64,000 nucleotides of DNA from Geosiphon pyriformis uo1. Lineage: Eukaryota > Fungi > Glomeromycota. Every line of letters starts with the position of its first letter. Within the stretch, counting starts at the first letter, position 1. Shown in pieces: positions 37,680-49,930 of the stretch. Below the pieces are notes generated by a model. That model worked only from the letters and a program-made list of their open reading frames with translations. It was not told where the DNA came from and did no database searches. Both the position numbers and the translations under genes were made by a program. The stretch is taken from the NCBI GenBank assembly GCA_016748015.1, contig JAAOMT010000276.1, positions 434,001-498,000 of the forward strand. Direction: 5' to 3'.

Positions 37680-38549
37680 TGTTACTCATAAAATATAGAA
37701 AATATAGTATTATTAGTCAGTAGATATTAGCCAATCAGATGTAGACATAGTAAATGTGGAATTCCAAGATTCCTCTCAGAGGAATTGCAGGATTCCAGAA
37801 ATTTCAGGATTCTCCAACAAGGAATTGCAGAATTCCAGAATTCCAGGATTCTTCTCATCAGGAATCACAGAATTCCAGAAATTCCAGGATTTCTGTTACA
37901 AGGAATTGAGAAATTGAGGAATCTCAAATATGTATATATAGCAGTAGTATTAAAAACAGAAAAAACAGAATTGACATCAAGAATTCTTAGCTTAGTTATC
38001 ACAATTCTTAAATAAATAATTATTTACTATATCAAATTCTTTCTTCACTATCAACACTTTATGTTGATAGTAATTGATACTTAACTATAGCTCTTGATCA
38101 CAGCTATTAACGGGATACAAATTAGAATCACCTTGGCTTATTTGCTTTATTTTATATTATTTGCTTTCTTTCTTTTTTTTTCTTTTCTGTCTTTGTTTTG
38201 TTGTTTTATACTAATTGATTAAGGATTAAAAGCACTGAGTTATTGACATCATAGATAGTCTGGTAAAAGACTCAGAAATAAGGATAGAATTTTATATATT
38301 ATCAGATAGCTTACCAAAAGAGCATGACTACCAGAATAAATCTGGCCTTCATGCTGAGAAAGAAATTGGACAAAATTACGATTCCAAAAACTATTACAAT
38401 TACAATTGAATCTCTGTTCATTATACAAAGAACTCAACCCAAAACCTTCAGATTACCAATACCAACATCAACAGAAATCAAGATAGCTTTTGAGCACCAA
38501 GTTACAGGTTTGTTATTTAATTCTACCACAGAAATAATCACTTGTAACA
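37680..38549 (+). repeat. 5' LTR of B2
   Basis: TGTTAC...GTAACA, followed by TT and PBS. Confidence 0.93.
37726..37942 (+). promoter_or_regulatory. Putative LTR promoter: CCAAT box, ~40-bp GGAATT-rich repeats, TATA box
   Basis: AGCCAATCAG ~37729, units starting 37781, 37821, 37861, TATATATAG ~37933; same layout in all three B LTRs. Confidence 0.6.
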
Positions 38550-38551
38550 TT

Positions 38552-38568
38552 TGGTGCTCCCTGTGAGG
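38552..38568 (+). promoter_or_regulatory. Primer-binding site (B2)
   Basis: TGGTGCTCCCTGTGAGG 2 nt after LTR end. Confidence 0.9.
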
Positions 38569-38569
38569 T

Positions 38570-41500
38570 ATAATCCTACAGAGAACTCACACCAACAAAT
38601 ACCATTCAAAAGTGGCAGAATCAGAAAATATAGGAGCAAACCATTTAGGATTCACAAAATTCTTATTTCAACACTATTGTCAATACTTTGGATTAAACCA
38701 CAATCATATATCTGCTCAATTTTTATGTCAATGAAAAGATTTCTTCTTTGTTAAGAACACCAGTGAATACTGAATCAGCAAGGGAAACTTTCTATAAGGA
38801 ATTAATTCAAAACACCAACCTACCAACAAATCATAATTTCGCATCCATCATCACTGAGATCAACAAAGAAATTGAACATCACACCCAACAAAGATATCTA
38901 ATTACATATGCTAGTAAAGGCAAAAGAAAACTACAAACACCAGCAGTAACATCCAGAAAAATACAACCACCTACTTAGAAGAAAAACAGAATTGAATTCC
39001 CAAGCAACTCATTCTACCACTATACACCCAGAAGTGCCATTAACTATGACATCAGCATTTGGATGATTCCCATTCCAAAGTAGACAAAAAAAAACAGAAT
39101 TATTAGGACCATATGGCGAATACTTTGAGAGATTTAATTCACAATCATCAATCCCATCAGGACTTCAATCACCACCGCCTCCACCAAATTTCAGAATTTC
39201 TGATCCGTGGGAAGTAATGGAATCAGAAAAAGAGGAAGAAGAATCAGAGAATCAAGAATTCACTTACCAGCACCCGATCACTGAAAATCCAGAAGTTGAA
39301 ACCCCGAATCTTCAAACTCAGCAAAATCTAAATCTAGAAAATTTGGAAATCAAAACTCCAAATATTCACACTCCGCCAAATCAAAGAAATCAAAACTCCG
39401 ATTTAATTTATCAGCAAAACCTACCTCCAGTTATCGTCATCAATCAACCACCAATTGAGCCAATCAGTGAGCCAATTCAACCACTTCAAGTACCACCTCA
39501 ACAACCATTACCTTTTCAACAACTTCAACAACAGCCACCTCAACAGTCCCAGCAACCTATAGTACCAATGGTCTATGTACCAATCACCAAATTAGAAAAA
39601 TTCACCAGTGAAGAGGATGATGTTCAAGCTTGATTGAATGATGTTGCCAAAGCAATCACGGCAAACAATTGGAACGACAACAAAGCTCTTCAGACAATCC
39701 CATATTTCCTCCAAGATACTGCAGATTTGTGGTATCAAAGCTTAGCCACAAAACCTCAAATGTTCAACGCATTTAAGCAGGAGTTCCTAAAATACTTTAG
39801 TAATAATAATAGTATCAACTATTTGGTAAATACTTTCACTACCATTAAACAAGAGAACACTAAAGCTGTTACCATGTACTTGGGACAATTCCATAGATGC
39901 CTGTGCCAGATTCAAGCTATCAATGCTGATTATTTTACAGTGGCCCAAATTTTGAATCAATTTATCAGAGGCTTATGCAGTAGTATTTTCCAGTGTGTAC
40001 GTCCACTATACCCAGCAGATTTACAAGCAGCCGTCATTAATGCCAGAGATTTTGAAGCAGCCAAACTTGAAGATAACCACACCCAAGCTGTCAATCTAGT
40101 AATGAATAGATCATCTGAATTGGATTCTAAATTGAAACAATTCAGTGATTTCATCAATTAAAAATTAGAGGAGTACTTAGCTGACAACCGAGCAATCTAT
40201 TAACTATCACAACGACACAACAATCAAGGAAACTCCAATCATGTCCAAAATCAACCATGTCCATCATTTCCAGCCAATCAACAGTGGCAACAAGAAACGT
40301 GTGTTTGCCACTATTGTGATAGACAAGAACACATACAAATTGATTGCTGCCAACATTTAAATAACCAACAATTGGGAAATCAATATTGAAATCCTGATCG
40401 TCAGTTCCCAGCTCCGAGTTTCCAGCAAAATCAAGAACAATACCAACACTTACCTCATTATGCACCAATAATGCAGCAATCAATGTATCAACCACCAGTA
40501 TATCAAGCTCCAATTTATCAACCACAGCCACAAGTGATTTATCAACAACCACAGCCACAAATAATATATCAACTCCAACAAATTCAAACACTGCCCCAAA
40601 ACTTACCACCCAACGGAACACAAAGACCAAGAATGACTCAACAGAGCTGGAGATTGGCAATGGTGGTCCATCAACTGATCCCCAGTTCTTCACAGCAACC
40701 ATCTGGATTACGCCAGCAGAATTCAGGTACTGGTCAACCCCAGAACCCGAATTCTCAGAACTATTTAAGTCTTCTGGTCACCCCAGAAGATGCCTTAGCC
40801 AATAACCTAGCATTCGCCCAAAAACAACCACTTATCAGTAATATCTCATCTACTACCATCACCGAAAATGAGTCCTTGGCTGCTATCTTTCTATTCAAAT
40901 TCGAGGAAACAACTGCAATGCCATTATTTAGTGGAGCTGCTCTTGAAGCCAAACTGATCACTGCGATGTACACTAATGCCAAAGTCAAGGGACAATTCAT
41001 CAAACTGATCCTTGACAGTGGTTCAGCAGGCAGCATTATCACATGACAACTTATGGATCATTTAGGTCACTGAGTTGACTGAGCTGCCAGTGCCAGAATT
41101 ATCACTGCTGATAGAGCAACCAAAACTCCAATTGGCAAAATCGACAACTTCCCTTTCGAAATCAATGGCATCATGACTCCCATTAAAGTTTTAATGATGG
41201 AAGCCACCCAATACCAAGCTCTTGTTGGTAATGACTGGCTATTTCAAGTCAATGTGACATTAAACTGAAACACCCAGGAACTCTAGCTAACATATCAGGG
41301 CCAACACATACGTGTACCAGCCACGTGTGGCCACTTCAAGACTCCTCCAAAAGAGAAACTATTGATCGAACTGGAGGAAAAAAAAGAGAAACCTACCTGG
41401 GAAGCTTACCAAGTCTCCTGGGCCGATGTCAACCACAACAAACTACTACCCATACTCTTATGAGATGACAAGAGAAAGAAGAAAGAAGAAAAAGAACTTG

Positions 41501-44500
41501 TCTGGGAGCCAAACCTAGGAGCATGGAGTGACGACAGCCAGAGCAAACCAACCACTGAATGAAATTGAGAAGAAAAAGGAAAAGGGAAGAAATAAGAAGA
41601 AGAGCTGACACTAATCAATAAATCGACTTATGTCCCATACACCTACCAACCACCAGCTCAATACCATCAACCCAAGCTAGTGTGTGTCAATTGCAGCAAG
41701 AAATTGTCATCAATGGGTGCATGTTGCAACAAAGATGAAGAATAGTTCACGGCGACCAAATATTATTGTTGCCCATGCATTATTGAATGCAATGGATAAC
41801 CAAAACAAAAAGGAAAGTGGGATGGCAAATGTTGCCTGACATGTGGAGACACCCTTCTCAACAAAGGAATGTGGAACAACATTCCTGGGGAAGGAGGAAT
41901 GTGCAACGAGTTGTGCCAATACACGATTCTTATCAGCAACTGGATACGAAAAGGAATGCCCATTGAAGCTGCCTAGAGAAGAGCTGTTCAGTGCCTGGAC
42001 AGTTACCCACACGATGATGACAAAATTTGGTGAATGGCACTCGCCAAAATCAAAGAAGCATTACCTGAGGAAATAAAAATGATTAAAAACAACCCCCCAG
42101 AACCTTTAGAGCTTGACTGGGATGCAGAACCTATTATAAATCTCCTAGATCCAGAACAATTCCATGAACACTACTAAGAATTAGCACCCACAAGGGAAGA
42201 ACAAGAACAATGGTTAAAGCAGTTAAACACTCGACTATGTCAACACTGCCTAATTCCCTGTGACTTCCAGTATTGTGATGAGTGTGACCTCATCTACAAT
42301 TCACCACCACATATGATCTACACAATTCCAGAGGAAGAAGAACCAATCAGCAGCTGTGCATTAGAATCAGAATTGCCAATCAATTGCACTTCAAACTCTG
42401 ATGATGACAACAATAACAACGGTTCAAGCTCTGGTCAAGATGGCAATAACAATGACAATGGTATAAACTCAGATTTAAACTCCAATTCAGACCCCGAACA
42501 ATATATCACACTTTCTGACCTCACCAAAGACCAAAAACTTAAATGGTTTAGTGATAATGATGAAGGTATCATGCCAGAACAAGCGCATGATACTGATACA
42601 GGGTTTGATTTGAGGTATCCAAAAAAAAATGCCATCAAATTGGAACCACATTTACGCATCTGCCTTGATTTGAAAATAGCGCTGGAAATTCCAGCAACAA
42701 CAATGGTTCAATTACCATCTAGGAGTAGTTTAGCGAAAAGAAGGATTAATATAAGAGGAAGAATAATTGATGCAGGATATGTAGGAAATATCATCACTAT
42801 GCTACAAAATGACTCAGAAAAGGCCTATATAATAAAGCCCAATGAAAAGATAGCACAGGCAATATTCCTGTTTCTGGTTAGAGTAGCTCAGTTAGTATCA
42901 GTGGGAAAGAAGGAGGAATTAGGAATAACAGCAAAAGGAATACAGGGATTCGGATCAACAGATAGAATAGATGTGCCAGTCAATATGGCAGAAGAAGAAA
43001 TGGTTAGCCAAGGAGAAATTATCTCAACCAGTCAAGCAATTTCTATTCCACCATATAATCAGTACATAATAACAATAGAGAGAGAGAAAAAAGACCAAGC
43101 ACAAATTTTTGAAGCAGAAGCAAGTTTTTGTGAATCAGGAGAAGTTGGACTCATCAATCTTTACATACCAGCCAAGAACTATAACCACATCAAAATTCCC
43201 ATCTACAACAACACCAGAAATGTTGTCAATATACTAAAAGGAACTATCATCGGATATTTGACTACAGAAATAGAGGATTAACCACTGAGCACTGTTCCAG
43301 ACTTTCCACAGCTTTGTGGATATGTTGATATCACATTACAAACAATATACAGACAAAGCGAATGTTATTTGCTCCAATCAGAACAGTTGGAACAAATGAA
43401 CATGGGAAACTTAGATCCACTCCAATGTATGCAACTTAAGATGTTGCTCAACAATTTCAATGACATCTTTGCCAGCAAAAACGAGTTTGGCTGAACTGAC
43501 ATCATCCAGCATCAGATTAAGACTGGAAATGCAATGCCAATTAAACAAAAAGCATACAGAGTACCACCAGCTAGCCACAAGATTATCTGTTAAGAGATAA
43601 ACCGAATGCTTGACAATAGGCTAATTCAGCCATCAATGAGCCCATGGTCATCACCAATAGTACTCATCCAGAAAAAGAATGGGAAAATTTGCTTTTGTGT
43701 AGATTATAGAAAACTCAATGGAGTAACTTGTGAAGATAGCTACCCCACTCCACGGATCCAAGAATTATTCAACACTTTTGGTAGAAACAAATGGTTTTCA
43801 ACATTAGACCTGAACAGTGGTTACTGGCAAGTAGCCATGGATCCAGCCGACAAAGAGAAAATGGCATTCACCACAAGGGAAGAGAATTTTGAATTTGAAG
43901 TAATGCCATTCAGCTTAACCAATGCCCCAGCAACTTTCCAATGGCTAATGGAAATTGTTTATACTGGCTTATTGTGGAAATCAGTAGTTGTATACTTGGA
44001 CAACACCAATGTATTCTCAAAAACATTTGATGATCATTTTCATCATCTTCAACAAGTGTTCAAAAGACTAAGAAGAGCAAAACTAAAGTTAAATGCAAGA
44101 AAGTGCTTCTTTGGCAAGACAGAACTAAAATTTTTGGGACACATAGTTAGCAAAAATGGCATCAAAACGGATCCAGAGAAAATAGAGATAGTAAAAAACT
44201 CTCCAGTACTGACCAATATAACAGAACTGAAATCATTCTTGGGATTTGCCAGCTACTATTGGCATTTTATCAAGAACTTTTCCAAAATAGTGCAGCCACT
44301 TAACCAACTGCAAACCAAGAATACCAAATATGAATGGACAGAAAGTCAACAAGAAGCTTTTGATATTCTGAAAAGAAAGCTCATTCAAGCTTCAGTACTG
44401 ATTTATCCAGATCACAGCAAACCATTCATCATCACCACTGATGCATCCGGCCAAGCATTGGGAGCAGTATTATCTCAGAAAGAACCAGACAGCAGAGAAC

Positions 44501-44775
44501 ATCCAGTAGTATATGCCAGTAGAGGTTTAATACCAGCCAAAAAGAACTATGGAACACCAGAACAAGAACACTTAGCAATATACTGGGCAGTCATGAAATG
44601 GAAAGAATACTTGAGCCAGAAGTTTGAAGTATACACAGATCACAAAAAATTAACATCACTTCAAAAACAAGAATTTGGAAAAATGGCACTCGCACTATAT
44701 AATTATATTATACATTATAAAAAAAGAAAAGACAATGGAAATGCTGATGGTTTGTCATGAATAAAACAAATCTAA
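38570..44775 (+). pseudogene. gag-pol: Single-frame gag-PR-(Cys-rich)-dUTPase-RT-RNase H polyprotein (B2)
   Basis: ORFs at 39217, 39634, 40471, 42313 and 43606 share one frame; knuckle CHYCDRQEHIQIDC; LILDSGS; YLDN (decayed YLDD); TDASGQALGAVL. Confidence 0.92.
42571..42963 (+). CDS. dut: dUTPase domain within Pol
   Basis: Five trimeric dUTPase motifs: DTGFDL, RSSLA, IDAGYVG, IAQAIF, KGIQGFGST. Confidence 0.92.
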
Positions 44776-44837
44776 AAAACAATTCAATCCAAAAATATAA
44801 CAAAACCAAAACAATACCAATGAAAATATAACAAAAG

Positions 44838-46220
44838 ATGAACATACAAAAATATCAACAATTTCAACATTATATAAACACTCAACAGTTCAAGGAGAAT
44901 TTATCTCAAACAGAACAAAAGAGTATCAAACAACAATCAAAATATTTTATCATTCACCAAAATATACTGTATCGGAAAAATAGAAGAGATCTAAAACAAC
45001 CAACCAGAGTAATTACAGAGCCAGAAAAAGAGACAATATTATTCAACATGCACTCAAATCCAACAGCAGGACACTTTTACAAAGAAGCAACCATGGAAAG
45101 AACCCGAAAAAGATACTACTGGCTATCAATGTATCCAGACATCATCCAATATGTTCAAAATTGTGATGCTTGTTAGCAAAGAGGAGGTACAAAACCCAGT
45201 GAACCATTAAAACCAATCAAAGTGAGACAATCATTTGACCATATTGGAATTGATTTAGTCGGACTATTAACAATTACCAATGGAGAAAACAGGTACATAG
45301 CAGTAGCCATAGACTATCTCACTAAATGGCCAGAGGTGAAAGCAATTCAAAGAGCGGATGCAGAATCCATTGCCGAATTTGTTTATCAAGATTTAATTTG
45401 TCGACACGGATGTCCAAAAGAATTATTATCAGACTAAAGAACTTATTTTGTGAACAGAACATTAACAGAATTGAGCCAAAGATTTGGAATTAAGAGACCA
45501 CTATCATTACCATACCATCCACAAACCAACAGATTAGTCAAAAGATTCAACAGAACATTATGTGAAGCAATAACTAAACTCAGCCAAGAAAACCAGAACA
45601 ATTGGGATTTGTTGATATTATCAGTACTATTTGCTTATCGGACAATGAAGCAAGATACTACACAAGCAACACCATTTGAATTAGTATATGGTAGAACAGC
45701 AACACTACCAGTGGAAATAGAAGTCAGCACATATTCAACCGAACCAATAACAGAAGAGAATTTCAAAAACACATTGTTGAAAAGAACATATGACTTAATG
45801 GAAACATTAGAAAACAAATAATGAAGAGCAGCTGATAACATACAAAGGTCACAAGAGAAACAAAAAGAAAGACATAATAACCAACTACCAGATAAACCAG
45901 TTGAATTCAGAATTGGAGACAAAGTATTACTATATTGTACCAAAGTGGAAAAACAATGGAGTGGAAAATTTGACCTCAAATGGAACAGACCATTTTACAT
46001 AGAAGAAATTCTAAGAAATGGAGCTTACAAATTAAGATTGAATAACAAAATTTTGACCAAAGCAGCACATGGAGATTGACTGAAACCATACCATCATACA
46101 GCATCATTATCTACCAGTAATATTCTACAATTAGGAATACAGAGAATACTAGTCCAATCAGATGAGATTCCATGAGATCTGGAACCAATCATTATCATTG
46201 ACAACAACATGTCCAATTGA
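44838..46220 (+). pseudogene. Integrase ORF (B2), separate ATG and frame
   Basis: MHSNPTAGH...CDAC, IGIDLVG, LSD, PYHPQTN, WNRPF; no chromodomain seen. Confidence 0.9.
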
Positions 46221-46243
46221 TTGACAAAAAAATATATAAGAAC

Positions 46244-46903
46244 ATGGTCAATGTGACAGAAGAGATCAGAAAAATGGAAATTACAGACAATATCCATTCA
46301 CTAGCCCAACAAATTTTTCAATTAATCCAACACCAAGAGATGGAAATTACAATCAATTAACAAACCATTCATTACAAAAATATAGCAAAGATACCACAAA
46401 ACAAAGCACAGAAAAGACTTGAAAATGTTGTTAACAAGATCATGACCAAGATAAAATTGGCCATAAAAGAACAACAAATAGTCAGATTACACCAAGAACT
46501 TACCAGAGAAACTTGGACTTGGTAGACACAACAATTTCCAAAAAATTATTGTTATTTTTACTTGGGACAACACGTGAATATCCAGAACTTATATACGGAT
46601 AAAACAAAACAGTTATTCGACACAACAATACTACAACAACTAGAACATTTTGTGGGAAAAAACAACTTATCCACATAAGCTCAAGCTATATACCAGATAC
46701 ACACAGTATTTCAGGATCGACCAGAAATTCTACTCAACAAAGCAATGGATATGATTACTAGTAATCAATTGGGAAAAATCACCAATGCTCAATTTGAAAA
46801 ATTACAGACTCAAATAACACAAGTAATTCTCGAAAATGAAATTCAGGAAATACTTCAAGAGAGAGAATTAAAAGAATTAGATTTTGACAGAGCTCAATAT
46901 TAA
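46244..46903 (+). pseudogene. B-family ORF3 (220 codons, 3 premature stops)
   Basis: ATG to TAA in one frame; stops explainable by single transitions; ends DFDRAQY* as in B1. Confidence 0.75.
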
Positions 46904-46916
46904 AAGAAGGGAATAA

Positions 46917-47814
46917 TGTTACTCATAGAATATAAGAAATATAGTATTATTAGTCAGTAGATATTAGCCAATCAGATGTAGACATAGTAAATGTGGAATT
47001 CCAAGATTCCTCTTAGAGGAATTGCAGGATTCCAGAAATTTCAGGATTCTCCGACAAGGAATTGCAGAATTGCAGAATTCCAAGATTCCTCTCATCAGGA
47101 ATTGCAGGATTCCAGGAATTCCAGGATTCTTGTCACAAGGAACTAAGAAATTGAGGAATCTCAAATATGTATATATAGCAGTAGTGTTAAAAGCAGAAAA
47201 GACAGAATCAACATCAAGAATTCTTAGCTTAGTTACCACAATCCTTAAATAAAATAATTATTCACTATATCAAATTTCTTCTTCACTATCAACACTTTAT
47301 GTTGATAGTAACTGATATTTAACCATACTAAAACAATAGCTCTTGATCACAGCTATTGATGAGATACGAATCAGAATTGCCTTGGCTTATTTGCTTTATT
47401 TCATATTATTTGCTTTCTTTCTTTTTTTTTCTTTTCTGTCTTTGCTTTGTTGTTTTATACTAATTGATTAAGGATTAAAAGCACTGAGTTATTGACATCA
47501 TGGATAGCCTGGTAAAAGACCCAGAAATAAGGATAGAATTTTATATATTATCGGATAGCTTACCAGAAAGGCACGACTACCAGAATAAATCCGGCCTCTA
47601 TACTGAAAAAGAAATTGGACGGAATTGCAATTCTGAAGACTATTACAATTACAATTGAATCTCTGTTCATTATACAAAGAACTCAACCCAAAACCTTCAG
47701 ATATCAAAACCTTCAGATTACCAATACCAACATCAACAGAAATCAAGATAGCTTTTGAGCACCAAGTTACAAGTTTGTTATTTAATTCCACCGCCGAAAT
47801 AATCATCTATAACA
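46917..47814 (+). repeat. 3' LTR of B2
   Basis: Homologous to 37680-38549, preceded by PPT AAAAGAAGGGAATAA. Confidence 0.93.
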
Positions 47815-49930
47815 CCAGAGAACCAACAGATTCAATTATAAACTTAATTAACAATGCCAACTTATTGAGATGGAATTTCATAGGAGCCAATCTGGATCCA
47901 ACAACAGCAATTGGAACAGGGGAGATGCCAGGAACCATGAGTACTACAACTTTGGGGAGTGAATCAAGAACAGGATTTATACCAGTAGCAGCAGCAGCAG
48001 CAGGAGAAACCACAAAGGCAACAGCTTTGGCATAAGACTTAGCTCCAGCAAATGAAGACTTGAAAACTTTGGGACCACCATTGGAGTTGAAAACAAACTT
48101 GGGAGGAAGAGGTAGTGACATCTTGCAGTCCACAGCTAAATGATCCAAATCTTAATACCTGTAGCAGTGATGGCATCCAGGAGTTTCCTACCAAATATGG
48201 CTACCATGCAAGGTACCAGTTTTTAACACAGCATTGTCCAAAGATTCCAGAAAATTGAAGGTAACCACAGCAAAACATTGATGTTAGTATGAATCAGGAG
48301 ATTGGAGAATAAAACAGGTTTGACCACCAACCTGGGAAACCAAATCACTAATCTCAAAGACAGTACAGCCAAAAAAAAGATCAACCAACTTAGCTTTAAA
48401 TGCATCTCTTGAAGCAATAACTTCTCTTTGGTTAACTACAGGAAGAATTCTAACATTATCTTTTTTGACCAGTACAGACCAGTGTTTGAAAGCCTCAGCA
48501 GCAGAAAAAATGTCTTTGAAATAAACTACAGCATATTGCCACAAGCCAGCTGGCTTCAACTTAACAGAAGTGACAACACCAAAAATGCCAAGAGCAGCTT
48601 TAATGTCATCAGGAGAAGTACCCAAGGGGACATTACAAAGTGCAACAGACAGAGGAAAAGAAGACACAAAGGCCACACCAGAAGACCGTGCAATCTTAAG
48701 AGTGGTCAGAAGAACTTCTTCACCAATGGCCACTTTGATGGCACCATTTAGACTTTCCTAAGATGCAAATTCTACACAGAACAACTTGACAGCATCTTGT
48801 AAAACTGACTTAAGCCCAATACAACCAGGCAGCAGCTAAAACAAGAAACTAAACAAGGCCATTTTAATCTTAAATGTACTACCAAACACAAGATTGGAGG
48901 CCACCTGACCAGAAAATCTTTGACGACCATTCACATTTTCCCAAGCACCACCATCAGCAGCACCAGAAACTGGGGGAGGGACAGTTGATTCCATTTCCAT
49001 CTGATCAGCCCAATCTTTGAGATCATCTGGATTGATGGACTGTTTTGCTACTGGAATTGGCAATTATCTGCTGAAGATTACCACATCAGGCAACACAGCC
49101 AGTGGTTAATCTTGGCCCATCTTGGGAGATGTGCTGCTGCTGTTGCCGTCCATATCAGGAAGAGGGCTGGCTGCTGCTGTGGAGATCTTACTGAAGATCT
49201 TATCTGGAACCACAAAGGAGTTTGGTGTGACCATAGCAGTTGTGACTGCCTGCTGCTGTTTTTTGGAATTTTTGGCTTTTATGTCCATTTGTGAAGCAGT
49301 AGTAGTAATAGTAGTAGTAGAAGTGGTGAGAGTGAGAAAGACCAACTTGTTGACTGGTCTGTTATTAAAAATCTTTGGGTTTTTAGACAACACTAGAACT
49401 AACCCAAATGTGTCTTTTGGAAGGAACTTTGAATGGAAAAGAATCACCAGCCAAAGATAAAGAAAATGAACCAGAAGCTGCTAAAGGCAGCTTTTCACTA
49501 ATATTTTTCAAAGGAAATGTAGCCAAAACATTTTGTCTAGCTGCTTCAATAACAGAGAGACTCTCTTGTGTTAAAACTTTATTAGTTATTATAAAGAAAG
49601 TAATGTTTGCAACTTTTTTACTCTTAGCTTTAGTTATGGTCATAAAAATTAGAAGAAAAAGTGTTTTTTTAAAAACAAGCCAATTATAGTCAAGAATACA
49701 AATTAACAGCTAAATGAAAAAAGTGAGACAATCAAACAGACACACAATTTCTGTTGGTATCAGTTAATTACTTTGTCTTTGTTAATAACACAGTGTGGAT
49801 AGCTAACTTAAGACAGGGAATGCAGAGTATTCTGAACACAGCCAGCTCTTTCTTTAGAATGGTGGATATTGAGATCAACTTAGACAAGACTGAAACAATG
49901 ATGGTCAGACCCTTTAAGAGAAAATCAGTG

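Larger units (their letters stand above)
37680..47814 (+). mobile_element. Full-length Ty3/Gypsy family B copy B2 (10.1 kb) with dUTPase
   Basis: LTRs 37680-38549 and 46917-47814; TSD CCAG (37676-37679, 47815-47818); PBS 38552-38568; PPT 46902-46916. Confidence 0.95.
37144..49670 (-). mobile_element. Family D copy D3, split by B2 (37144-37679 plus 47819-~49670)
   Basis: Poly(T) 37144-37161 on + strand, tail GACCAGTGTGGCTACACATTAAC, ORF start MTITKAKSKK at 49643; removing B2 restores ESVGSLVVLVTKLLS. Confidence 0.9.

Noticed and set aside
38324-38566. LTR-encoded ORF in frame with gag across a TGA in the PBS (read-through or spliced leader)
   Set aside because: Frame relation is not kept in element C, and ATA at 38570 may simply be a decayed gag ATG
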